A stretch of 64,000 nt of DNA from Malacoraja senta (Eukaryota), in contig CM075981.1 of the NCBI GenBank assembly GCA_038087875.1, positions 19,840,001 to 19,904,000 on the forward strand, read 5' to 3'. The translations under genes were made by a program, and so were the position numbers. Within the stretch, counting starts at the first letter, position 1. Every line of letters begins with the position of its first letter. The notes under the pieces were generated by a model that did no database searches, was not told the DNA's origin, and saw nothing but the letters and a program-made list of their open reading frames with translations. Below, piece after piece: positions 44,481-56,198 of this stretch.

Positions 44481-47400
44481 ACTCGATCACTTGATTTTGA
44501 AGCATTCATGCATGGTGGAGGTATAATGTCGTCATAGAGTGATACAGTGTGAAAACAGGCCCTTTGGCGCAACTTGCCCACACCCGCCAATATGTCCCAG
44601 CTACGCTACCTGCTTTTGGTCCATACCTCCAAACCTGTCCTATCCATGTATCAGTCAAACTGTTTCTTAATTGTTGGGATGGTCCCTCCCTCAAATACCT
44701 CCTCTGACAGCTTGTTCCATACACCCACCACCCTTTGTGTGGAAAAAGTTACCCCTTAAATAGATACCTCTTAAAAATACTTCATACAAAAAACATTGAA
44801 ATTATACTTCTACAATGCATGATTTTAATATATCAAATTTCAAAATGTCCCAACCCTGGGAGGGGGGACACCCCCCCTTCCACACCCTCTTCCCACTCGG
44901 TTGCTCCACTCCCTCGCCGGGTACCCCCAAGGCCAGTGATCAGTGACCGCGCAGCCCCGCCCTTTCAAAAACGCTCCACAGCCCCTGGTTCAGACAGAGA
45001 ACACTGCCAGATGTGAGCGGGGAACTGAGGCCAGTTGTCCATGATGTCTGGATCCCAATGCTCAGCGCTTCAAGTTTCGGAGTTGGCTAATGTTATTGAT
45101 TTGTAATTAGCCTGATTTGTATTTATTTCACAAAACCTTAATTTATTAATCCGGAATATCCAGTGGGATGGGATAAGTGTAATATTAAAATGACATGCAA
45201 GGTGTCAAGCTGTCTGTCACAACATACAACCCCGATAACCCATTATTTCCTTCAGTTAAATATTGGGGAGGTAGCACTATTGTCATTTGCCACTCAACTA
45301 TTATGTTTGTTTACCTCACTGACTATTTCTACCACAAATTCCTTTGACAGGTTGAATAGAATTGTCCCCAATCTCATTGTTTTATTAATTCAACACGTAA
45401 ATGAACATCCGCAAGGAGTGTAATCAGATGGAAACTGATTCAGATGCGATGCTTAAAAGCGTGTTCAAAGAAGGGGCATCTTTTAAAGGAGTGACAAAGA
45501 TACCACAGGGGAATGTGTGATGAGGTTTTTATTTGTCTTTAGTTTTAGCTTGAACCAGGACATTTGAAGATTCAAAGGTTAATATAGTAATTGTGCTGAT
45601 ACTGACTCTAACCAACTACGTAATGAACATCATCCATTCCGGAGGTTTTATTTTTCTGATGCCATTTAAACTTCACTTGGATTTCAATCATTTCAATGTA
45701 AAAGTAATTGGGAAATGGGAGCATTGGAACAAAAATTTGCCCTCGGTACATATTAACTGTAATATAATAATGTATGCATGTTCATAGGTGCAATCGAAAC
45801 AAAGATCTTTTTTTTTTATCATTGTTGTGTTATGAATACCACAGAAAATATGATGTACTCTCAAGATCACATTTAATAGAATATTTTTGCTGAAATATAT
45901 ATTTATTGGACTTTGCATTTCGCAAAAGTCCCAGCTGACAGGAAGACAGCAAAATACTGAAAATATTGGGGGTGAAAATGACTTCAGGACAGTTTGTTAG
46001 GAAAATGAAAGAAATGGTAACAGAATACTTATACAGCTGAGTGAGTATAATTTTATGGATGAGAAATTGTGTTCAACCAATTGATTACTTCTTTGACAAA
46101 GTAACTAGCATGTTAAATAACAAGGAAGCCAATGGGTGTAGCAAATTTTGTTATACATAATTTGGTCTGTGAAGTGCCCCATAAAAAATTACCGCATTAG
46201 AGGTAGAGGTGGCAGAGGTGGCTGCAAGATCACTGAAGTGGGATTGTCACTTCCAAAGGCAGGACAGGATTATGCTTTTCACAAGTAATCTTGCGTCCAA
46301 TCCTACCTTCTGGCCCAGGTCAACTGGAGCTGCCCCACCATGAAGAGACTTTGTTAGATTCTAGACGTTGGTGAGGCCTCAACCTGACAGAAGATGCCTC
46401 CCTGTTCATGAGCCAGTGGAGAGACCGTGTTTTAGCAGAGTCTAAAAGCCTTGTCATTCCTGACTTTGTCACCCTTTTTCATTCAAGCATTCATAAGTTC
46501 ATACATCATAGGAGCAGAATTAGGCTATTCGGCTCTTCGAGTCTACTCTGCTATTTAATCATGGCTAATCTATCTTTCTCTCTTAACCCCATTCTCCTGC
46601 CTACTCCCCCTTAACCTTTGACACTCTTACTAATAAAGAACCTGTAAATCTCTTTAAAAATACCCAAAGACTTGGCATCCCCACAGAATTCCACAGATTC
46701 ACCACCCTCTGTCTAAAGAAATTCCTCATTTCCTTTCTATAAGTACGTTCTTTCATTCTGAGACTGTGCCCTCTGGTCCTACATCTCTCCCACTAGTGCA
46801 AACATCTTCTCCACATCCACTCTGTCCAGGCCTTTCATTAGTCGGTAATTTTCAATGTGATTCCCTTAAATCCTTCAAAATTCCAGTTCTGGGATTTAGA
46901 TCCATTTTCTTTGGAGAGGAATGACGGGTGATTTTACTGCAGCTTAGAAGATCCTGAAGAGATGAGAGACAATTGATAGTCATAGAGTCAATTTGATGTT
47001 CAAATAGCTCCGCCGATAGGACAGTCTCGAATGAGGGGACACTGAGGTACATAAGAATAAGAACTGAGGTACATAGGAATTATTTTGGATGGAGGATGGT
47101 GAACCTTTGGAATTCTCTGCCTCTGAGGATTGTGGAGACTGGGCCACTGGGGCATATAAAGAGAAAGGAAATGCATGTTTGAAAACTCGAACACCTCCAT
47201 CCTTGTTGCTTCCTCTAGCCAATTTATATGCCTCTTCCCTGGATTTAACATTATCCCTAATTTCCCTCGTTAGCCACGGTTAAGCCGCCTTCCCTGTTTT
47301 ATTTTTACGCCAGATATGGATGAACAATTGTTATAATTCATCCATGCGATCTTTAAATCTTTGCCATTGCTCATCCACCATCAATCCTTTAAGTATCATT

Positions 47401-47523
47401 TGCCAGTCTATCCTAGCCAATTCCTGTCTCACCATCAAAGTTACCTTTCTTTAAGTTCAAGGTAGACAAAAATGCGGGCGAAACTCAGCGGGTGAGGCAG
47501 CATCTATGGAGAGAAGGAAATAG

Positions 47524-47553
47524 GCAACGTTTCGGGTCGAGACCCTTCTTCAG
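47524..47553 (-). ncRNA. Minimal hammerhead ribozyme core (Penelope-associated)
   Basis: Reverse strand CTGAAGA AGGGTCTCGACCC GAAAC GTT. Confidence 0.5.
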
Positions 47554-49826
47554 AGGTTCAGGTCGAGATCCTTCTTTAAGTTCAGGACCGTTGTCTCTGA
47601 ATTAACCATGTAACTCTCCATCCTAATGCAGAATTCTACCATATTATGGTCACTGTTGCCCAAGATTGCTAACTAATCCTTCCTTATTACACAATACCCA
47701 GTCTAGGATGGTTCAGGGCCAGTATGGGCTGGGTCACACTAAGGTGTATACGGGACACGGGGACCACTCACAGGAGTGACAAAAGACATGGAGCTGGAGA
47801 GAAATTCCCGGGATTCCCGAGGATCATGTGATGGAACAGTGCATAGGAAACTATGCTCTATGTGTAACCCGTATCCCAGGATGGGATCTTTGCCCCTGTG
47901 TCCATGCTGACTATCAAGTAGCCATTTCTACTCATTCCACTTTGCTGACCTTGCACTGTACATAATCATACATCCCTGGGCCATACACATGCATTTAGAA
48001 TGTCCACCTCCACCACCCTCTCACTCATTGTGTTCCAAGTTGCAACCACCCTGGTGAAACAAAAAATTCTCCTTCCCCTTACCCTGAACCTATGCTTTCT
48101 GGTTACAGGCTCTTCGGCTGTGGACTTTACATGCCCTCTCTATTCCCCTCATAATTCCTATGATTTAAATCTCCTCCCCCTCAGCCTCCAACCCTCTCTA
48201 TCTTCATCAGTTCTATGCCAGGCAACATCCAGGGGAGTCTCTGCTGCAATCACTCCATGGTGCAATCCCGTCCTTCCTGTAAATGTGAAGACCAGAAGTG
48301 TACATGATATTCCAAATGTGGCCTGAATAATGTGGTAAAAGTTGGACCATAACCTCCCTGCTCCTTTACTCTTAAGCCCCCAAGTCTCCTTTCTTAACCC
48401 TGTACTGCCACCTCCAGGCAGCTTTGGACATATACCAAGGTCCTCTGTTCCTCATTACTCCCCGTGTGTCCTACCCTGTTAGTCCGCCCAAACTTAGTCC
48501 GCATCACACTTGTAGGATTAAACTTGCTTTGGATCCTGTGGGCTGTTAAAATGATGACCAGCATCCCACGTGGAACCTTGTCAAAGGCCTTGCTGAAGTC
48601 CTTCTACACACCATCAATCACATTGGAGCGATGGAATGGTTGACGTTTCTGATCGAGGCCCTACTTCAGACCCGTAACGTCACCCATTCCTTCTCTCCAG
48701 AGATGCTGCCTATCCCGCTGAGTTATTCCAGCATTTTGTGTCTCTCCTCAGTTTAAACCAGCATCTGCAGTTCCTGCCTATACTTCAATCACACTGTCCA
48801 TATCAACACCTTTTCTTATTTTCTTATTTCTTCAAAAAACTCAATCAAACTTAACCCTGTCCATAGGAATTGTTTTAGCGACTACCCTTCCATTGATATT
48901 ATAGACTCACTGACCAATAATTTCCAGACATTCCTGCTGTCCCTTTGAATGAAGGTATATTATTCATTGTCCTGCAGTCGTTTGTCTCATGCCTGACCTG
49001 TGGCCGGTAAAAGATTTGAAATTATTTGTCGAGATCCTGCTATTTCCTCCCTTGCCGTCCACAAATAGGATATACCTCATCAGGCCCTGGGGATTTATCC
49101 ACCTCTCAGCCTGCTAAGCCATCACGTCCACCTTTCTAATGATGAAATTATGATGAACTTCTACAGGTGTACAGTAGATAGAGTATATTGACTGGTTGCA
49201 TCACGGCCTAGTTCGGCAACTTGAATGCCCAGAAGCGAAGGATACTGTAAAAAGTTGTGCACGCTGCCCAGTCCATCCGGGTTCTGACCTCCCCATCATC
49301 AAAGGGATTTACAGGAGAACTGCCTCGAAAAAGTAGCCAGCATCATCAGAGACCGACACCACCCTGGCCACACATTCATTTCACCCCTGCCATTGGGAAG
49401 AAGGTACAGGAGCCTGAAAACAGTAACGTCCAGGTCCAGGAACAGCTTCTTCCCTACAGCCATAACTTAGACTTAGACGTAGTTCCTCCCACACTGTTGA
49501 GTGCATTGGTCAGCAAGCTTTCGCCATTCTGTTCGGTTAGGTGCGACGTCTTCCACCCTCGATAGGTTTGCGTCCCGGGCTTCCAAATCCTTCTGCAATG
49601 TTCGCCTCCATGTGAGTTTTGGTCGGCCTCTTTTCATTCTTCTGTCAGGTTGCCATGTCATTGCTATCTTAGGTGCACGTTCTGGTGACATTCTGAGTAC
49701 ATGTCCTGCAATAACAGCCATTAGGCTATTAAATACTACAACCTCCAAATAAGCTCTGAACTACATAGACTATTATTGTTATTATATTATTATTGTTTGT
49801 TGGTTTATGTGTACGTATGTGTGTGC

Positions 49827-49868
<42 letters not shown>

Positions 49869-50841
49869 ATATGTACACACATTCTGCTGGGCTGCTGCAA
49901 GTAAGGATTTCATGGTTCTATCTGGGACATATGACAATAAAACACTCTTGACTCTTGAATAACCCCAATCCCCTTCCTGAATTATCCACCTATAATGTCC
50001 TTGTCCTTAGTGAAGGCAGATGGAAAGGATTTTGGGCAACACAGTGGCGTAGCGGTAGAGTTACGGCCTTATAGCACCAGAGACCCAGACCCAGAATGAT
50101 CCCAGAACATGAATCACTGGTCGCCATGAACTAAGTGAGCTGAAGAGCCTGTTTCTGCACTGTATCTCTAATGTCTAAATTTAAGATTTCATCCACACTC
50201 TGGTTCCATGCATAGATTGCTCCCTTGGTCCTTCAAGGGCCCAACTATTCCACCTGGATATTCTCTCACTCACTCACATTCATAAAATGCAATGGAATTT
50301 TTCTTAACCTTCTTTGCTAGTGACCATATGTATATGGTCACACTTTGCAAACCCAACTTCCTTTCTCGGAACGCTCTCTACTGAAGGCCAGCCCATTTTC
50401 AGTCCTTAGTACTGGCCATATGCTTCCTTTGATTTATTTATTAAACCCCTGATATCTTGACATTTAGGGTACCCTGGAGTTGCTGTCCTCACCATTCAAC
50501 ATGATAGAACTTGTTAGCCATGAAATCTCACTATTCACTTTTAAAGGACTCCCCCTGGTCAGATGTAGATTTACCCAGTGCCATTTCTGTCACTCCTTCT
50601 CTCCCAGCAGGATATCTGTACACTGACTGGTGTCTCTCAGTCCCTCTCTCTCATGGGGATATCTGTTCACTGACCGATGTCTATCAGTCCCTCTCTCAGG
50701 CGGATATCTGTTCACTGACCGATGTCTCTCAGTCCCTTTCTCTCAGGCAGCGTAAGGATGGGATGGATCCATCGCTCCCATGTCACTGGGAATGAGAGGA
50801 TGGGATTAAGCACAGAATCTTTCCTCCTCCCTCTGTTGCAG

Positions 50842-51047
50842 CTCCCAATACAACGATGGTACCCGATACCATGACAGCACCCAACATAGCAACAGCACCC
50901 AACATAACGAGAGCACACGTGCCTCAGAGAGTGCCCCTCCTGATCGCACTGCCGGTGTTGGGGACCCTCCTGATCTCTGCTCTCGCCGTCCTGGAGTGTT
51001 GTGTGGAGGAGAAGAGCTGCAGGAAGGGAAGTATCTTCAGGCACTGA
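50842..51047 (+). pseudogene. Stalk/TM/tail exon, copy 2 (orphan: Ig exon deleted)
   Basis: 4 differences from copy 1 in 206 nt; reading frame intact. Confidence 0.65.
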
Positions 51048-52349
51048 CAACGAGTGGATCTGCCACACAGCCCCTGAGCCTGTGGGTGGGGGTGGGGGGA
51101 GGGGGGGGGCGGTGGAAGGGTAGGAGTGTGGATGTTGGGGAACAGAGGGAGGGGCTAGGTGGAGTACTGAGTCAGGAAGGGTTTCAGTGTGGACCCCCTG
51201 TTCTCTGTCCCATGGACCCAGCAGAGACTTTGGACATTTACGTGAAGGGGAAGCAGAATTGTCAAACTGGATATCAGCCCCTCGTGGGGAATTGAATGCA
51301 ACAGCAGGCGGACAATCTCATGGCGGGCGAAACTGGGGGACTGAACCCCGCAATCTCCCATGATCACCCCCACCAAAGTACCTGAGGACCCACACAGACA
51401 TTACACAATCCAAGAATATTGGCTTGTTTCAGTGATCTCGACTCCTTCTCAGACAGCTGGACACTGGCCCAGGCCCAGGCTGTGGCCTCACTCTAGCCAA
51501 CAGGCTGGGCTTTGTGGCCAAGTTCTGACCTGAGGCTCTGGCTGCCGGACCTCAAAGCCCAGGTTTTCTGACCTAGCTCCGCGAGAAACCCTCAGCATCA
51601 GGCCTATTGCCAACACTGTCCACAGTCACACTCTGATTCACAGCACAGACAGGGACAGAGTAAAAATATTTGGCAGAAACCAGATCGATCGGGAATACAT
51701 TGGGGAGATTGTATCACGCAGAATCTGCCCAGATAGAGCCATAAAGCACGAACACATAACATTTGGCCCACCTTGTCCTTGCTAATCATTGGATGCCCAT
51801 CCATATTAATTCCACCTCCAAGCACTTGGCCCATGGCGTTCTGTATTTCAGTGATTCAAGTGATTGTCTCTCCCCTCCCCCCCCCCACCCCCTGGCAGCT
51901 GATGGCAAGAGTTGGTGACTGCTGAACTCAGAGGGTTGAGCAGGACTTGAGAACGTAATATTGCTGCTCTCGCAGTTGTCAGAAGGCCAAGACGGGAAAC
52001 ACTCGTTCCACAAGTTCCGTTCCTGGGAACTGCTGGTGTCAGAAATGATCAACGGTGTGTGGGGGTAGGATCACAGTACAGCTCTGGTCGGATAGGAAGC
52101 AGATGTGGGAAGAGTAGCCGCCGGCCGGCCAGCCTCACTGACTCAGCTCTGCTCGGCTCCTCCCAGCAGCGGCTCAGGAGGCGGGGAGAGAAGGCGCCAG
52201 GTAATGCCTGCAGCATCCATGAAACCCATCCCCATCAATCCCGCAGGTCTCCCAAATGCTTGCTCATATGGATGGGGTCTCCATCAGGGAAGCAGGGGCA
52301 GTGACCGCACGTTGGCTACAGGTGTCGGTGTTTTCCCTCTCGTCCTCAC

Positions 52350-52498
52350 AGTGAGTCCCGTCACACAATCCCAGGGGCGCGGGGCAGTCACAGTGTGAAG
52401 CTCCCTCTACACTGTCCCATCACACACTCCCAGGGGCACGGGTCAGACACAGTGTGAAGCCCCCTCTACACTGTCCCGTCACACACTCCCAGGGCACG
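52350..52498 (-). repeat. ~58-bp dispersed satellite-like repeat (also 12608-12720, 14602-14745, 15170-15392, 26305-26345, 53175-53239, 63512-63550)
   Basis: Unit gtgtctgacccgtgccctgggagtgtgtgatgggacagtgtagagggagcttcactct. Confidence 0.88.
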
Positions 52499-53174
52499 AG
52501 TTGGACCACTTGACAGTGGGAGCAGTCCCTAGTGGAGGTCTCTCTATACATTGGGGACCTGGGGCGGAGAGTTTTGCACAAAGCTGTGGCCTGTAATAGG
52601 TACTTGAGCCGGTTCACGGACTCTTCCCCTGCGTGTCATTTCTGCGGTGAGGAAGAGACCGTGTTCCACGTGTATATAGAGTGCGAGAGGTTGCAGCCCC
52701 TGTTCGAGTATCTGAAAGGGCTGCTCCTCCAGTTTTGGCTACATTTTAGTCCAACGCTATTAATCTATGGGCACCCGGTACAGAGGGGGGAGGGTCGGGA
52801 GGGAGGAGGGGGTCTCCCTGTCGGACTGCTCCTGGGCCTGGCCAAGATGGCCATTCGCGGGTCCAGGCAGCGGGCGGTCGATGGCCGCACAGCGGTCGGC
52901 TGCCTGCCCCTTTTCCGGGGTTACGTCCGTGCCCGCGTGTCCCTAGAGAGGGAACACGCGGTGTCCACGGGGACTGTGGAGGATTTCTGTGAACGCTGGT
53001 CACCGCAGGAGGTTGAATATATTATAGATAAAAATGTTAATATTTTAATTTGATAGTTTTGTGTAAATGTTTTTTAAATTGTGTGAGCTTTCTACCCTTC
53101 CTTGTAAATTGTACATTTGTTTAAAAATCTAATAAAAAAACCATTTACGGAAAAAAAAAGAAAAAGAAAATAAG
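52499..53174 (+). mobile_element. Tx1-clade LINE 3' fragment A with polyA and 7-bp TSD
   Basis: CHFCGEEETVFHVYIECERL Cys domain; AATAAA at 53131; gggcacg at 52492-52498 and 53175-53181. Confidence 0.88.
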
Positions 53175-53239
53175 GGGCACGGGTCAGACACAGTGTGAAG
53201 CCCCTTCTACACTGTCCCGTCACACACTCCCAGGGCACG

Positions 53240-53830
53240 AGTTGGACCACTTGACAGTGGGAGCAGTCCCTAGTGGAGGTCTCTCTATACATTGGGGACC
53301 TGGGGCGGAGAGTGTTGCACAAAGCTGTGGCCTGTAACAGGTACTTGAGCTGGTTCACGTACTCGCCAGCCGCCTGTCACTTCTGCGACGAAGAAGAGAC
53401 CGTGTTCCATGTGTACATGGAGTGTGAGAAGTTGCAGCCCCTGTTCGACCATCTGAAGGGGCTGCTCCTCACATTTTGGCTACATTTTGGCCCTACGTTC
53501 CTGATATTTGGGCACCCGGTACAGAGGTGGGAGGGTCTGGAGGAACGGGGGAGGGGGGGGGTGTTATCCCTGTCGGTCTGCTCCTGGGCCTGGCCAAGAT
53601 GGCCATTCGCGGGTCCAGGCAGCTGGTAGTCGATGGCCACACCGTGGTCGGCTACCTTCCCCTTTTCCGGGCCTACATCGGTGCCCGTGTGTCCCTGGAG
53701 AGGGAACACACGGTGTCCACGGGGACTTCGGAGGCCTTCGCCACGGGAGGCTGAGTTTATTGTTGATGATGATCACGTTATTGTAAAATTGATGACTGTT
53801 GCTTTGTAAACTGCCACAAACGCAGTTTTG
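53240..53830 (+). mobile_element. Tx1-clade LINE 3' fragment B
   Basis: CHFCDEEETVFHVYMECEKL; same 5' junction as fragment A. Confidence 0.85.
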
Positions 53831-54819
53831 ATCATGTTGTCCCCTCTCTTTCTTTCTCAAACTCCCCACCCCTCCCCTATATCTGACCCCTTCTCTCTCT
53901 ACCTGTCCTCAGGAGATTGCCCATGCCATTGTGGGAAGAGAAGAGGAGATTGAACAAGGTCTGGCCACCTGCTCAGAGTCCACAGACAGCCGGGGAATGA
54001 GACACGCAAGACTGACCACACAGAGAGCTGAGCCAGCAGGGACACAGGGTGAAGCCAACATCAGCACTGGAGGAGGAGATCAGATAACAGAACTAAGAAA
54101 AGAAATGATTAAACCCCTTCCAAAACGTGACAGAGTAACCAGAGAGAGACACAAACAAATGAATCATCCCAGGAACATTAACCCTCACCCACCTCTCCCA
54201 TCCATATACAGGGCAGCTTGTTTCCCATTGGCAGGGCACAGTGGTGCTTTCAGTGTGAGCCCAGGTGTGTGGGAACCTTCCATTCTGAAGAAGAGTCATG
54301 AGGAAAAATCATCACCTATCCACGTTCTCCGAAAATGCTACCTGAGTCACTAATTTGCTCCAGCACGTTGTCTCTTTTCTTGTAAACCAGCACCTGCATT
54401 TGCCAGTGTCAAATGCTCCTTCAGTAATGATGTTCATTTGTGTGAGGCCTGGTGTGAGGAACACTCTTTTATTAGTGATCTGCCACCTCCAGTTTAAATT
54501 CCATTTGGAATAATTTTGGAGGACCAGGAAACCAAGAATCCGGATTTCAGTGTGTGTGAGGGAACTCTGTTTCCAATCATGTTACTCTGTCCGTGTGAAT
54601 TCAATATAACGTTTGTACATGTGGCATTATTCTGTTCAAAACATTACGATTATTTCAAGAATTTCAGTCGGGTAACAGATAGCGCAGGGAGTGTGAGCCA
54701 AGGCCACGCAACTTTGGAGACAGCATCTGGCACACAGATCTGCAAGCGGAGGTACATATTGAATCAATTATTCCCTCTGTCGTTCAGCGACTAATGTATA
54801 CTTCACAGAACTGGCTCCG

Positions 54820-55545
54820 CAATGTCCTTACATTGTGAGCGGGTTAATCCCCTCTGACAGGGAACTAATGCCTTAGTGTGGGTGGAGAGAGGGGGTGAGA
54901 ACGTTAATCCCCTCTGACAGGGAACATGCTGCCCGGTGTCCTTACGTTGCGAGTGGTGAATGAGAGGTTAATCTCCTCTGACAGGGAATGGGCTCCTGGG
55001 GTGAGGGTGGAGAGAGCGGGTGAGAGGGTTAATCTCCTCTGAGTGAGAGGGTTAAACCCCTGTGAAAGGGTGTGAGGAGATGGGTTGAAAGGGTTAATCT
55101 CACCGATGAGGAACGGGCTGCCTGCAGTGGACAGGGAGAGAGTTTAACTGATGGGCAACGGGAGCCAGGGATGTGGATGGAGATGAGAGGGTTAATCTCC
55201 TCCGACAGGGAGCGGGCTGCTTGATGTCTTTAATTTTGAGCTGGTTTAATCCTCTCTGGCAGGCAACGTGCTGCCGGGGTCCTTACATTGTGAATGGTGA
55301 TTGAGAGGATTAATCCCCTCTGAAGAGGCAGCAATCTGCCTGGGATGTGTGTGGAGAGAGGGGGTTAACCCTCTTCAATGGGGAATGGGTTGCTGGGTGT
55401 GGATGGGGAGAGAGTTTACACTGAGAGGGAACGGGTGCCCCGGGTGTGGGTGGGGAGAGGGGGTGAGAGGGTTAATCAACTCTTATGGGGAACGGTCTAT
55501 CCTGGATGTGGATGGGGAGAGGGTTAACACTGAGAGGGACAGGCT
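54820..55545. repeat. Degenerate tandem array (gagagggttaatcccctctgacaggg core, about 12 copies)
   Basis: Core recurs every ~50-65 nt. Confidence 0.85.
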
Positions 55546-55784
55546 GCCAACTTTGGGAGTTTCTGGCTGCACTCCTTGCTCCCGCCTACCTCCTGGATGG
55601 GACGTGTCATCTGGAGCTTGATCTTGGGATCGGGACGTCCTGTAAGCAGCCTCCGATTACGGACCAGGGCTCCAGCACCGTGCCAGGCTGTGCCAGGCCG
55701 CGCCACGCCGCACAGCCCTACCCTGCCCTTTTCACCCTCGACACTCCTGCCCACCCCTGCAGTGGGGAGGTGAGGGTTTTGGGG

Positions 55785-56198
55785 ATGATGTTGGGACGGT
55801 CACTGGGACTGTGGTGCTTGCTGGTGTTGGGGGCGAGGAGGCAGCCGGGGGCACGAGGGCAGCCGGGGATGGTGGTGGGCACGTCACGGCTGCGGCGGGT
55901 GGAGCTGCTGGTGGTGGTGGACGTGGGTCTGGCGCACGCCCTGGGTGGGGATGTGCGCCCCTACGTGCTGGCGCTGCTGGGCGCGGCGGATCGGCTGTAC
56001 AGGCACCCGTCGCTGGGCAGCGCAGTGAGGCTGGTGGTCAGCCGGCTGGAGGTGGTGTGGGACCAGGCCATGGGTCCGCGGGTCGATGCCGACGCCAGGC
56101 AAACTCTGCACGCCTTCTGCCACTGGCAGCGGGAACGGCGGGCACTGGGAGACTGGGGAGAGGCACCGTACGATGCCGCCCTGCTGCTGACACGAGAG
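55785..56198 (+). CDS. ADAMTS-like first coding exon (signal peptide + start of catalytic domain)
   Basis: MMLGRSLGLWCLLVLGA-RRQPGARGQPGMVVGTSRLRR-VELLVVVD...YRHPSLGSAVRLVVSRL...TLHAFCHWQ...YDAALLLTRE|gtagg; acceptor at 55762. Confidence 0.88.

Larger units (their letters stand above)
46327..51530 (+). repeat. Tandem segmental duplication, copy 2
   Basis: Same order of TE fragments and exons as copy 1; lacks the equivalent of 40099-40700. Confidence 0.95.

Noticed and set aside
55485-55784. Extending the ADAMTS ORF to the 55485 start
   Set aside because: Upstream part lies in the tandem array and ends in a polypyrimidine tract + AG (55762), so it is intronic.
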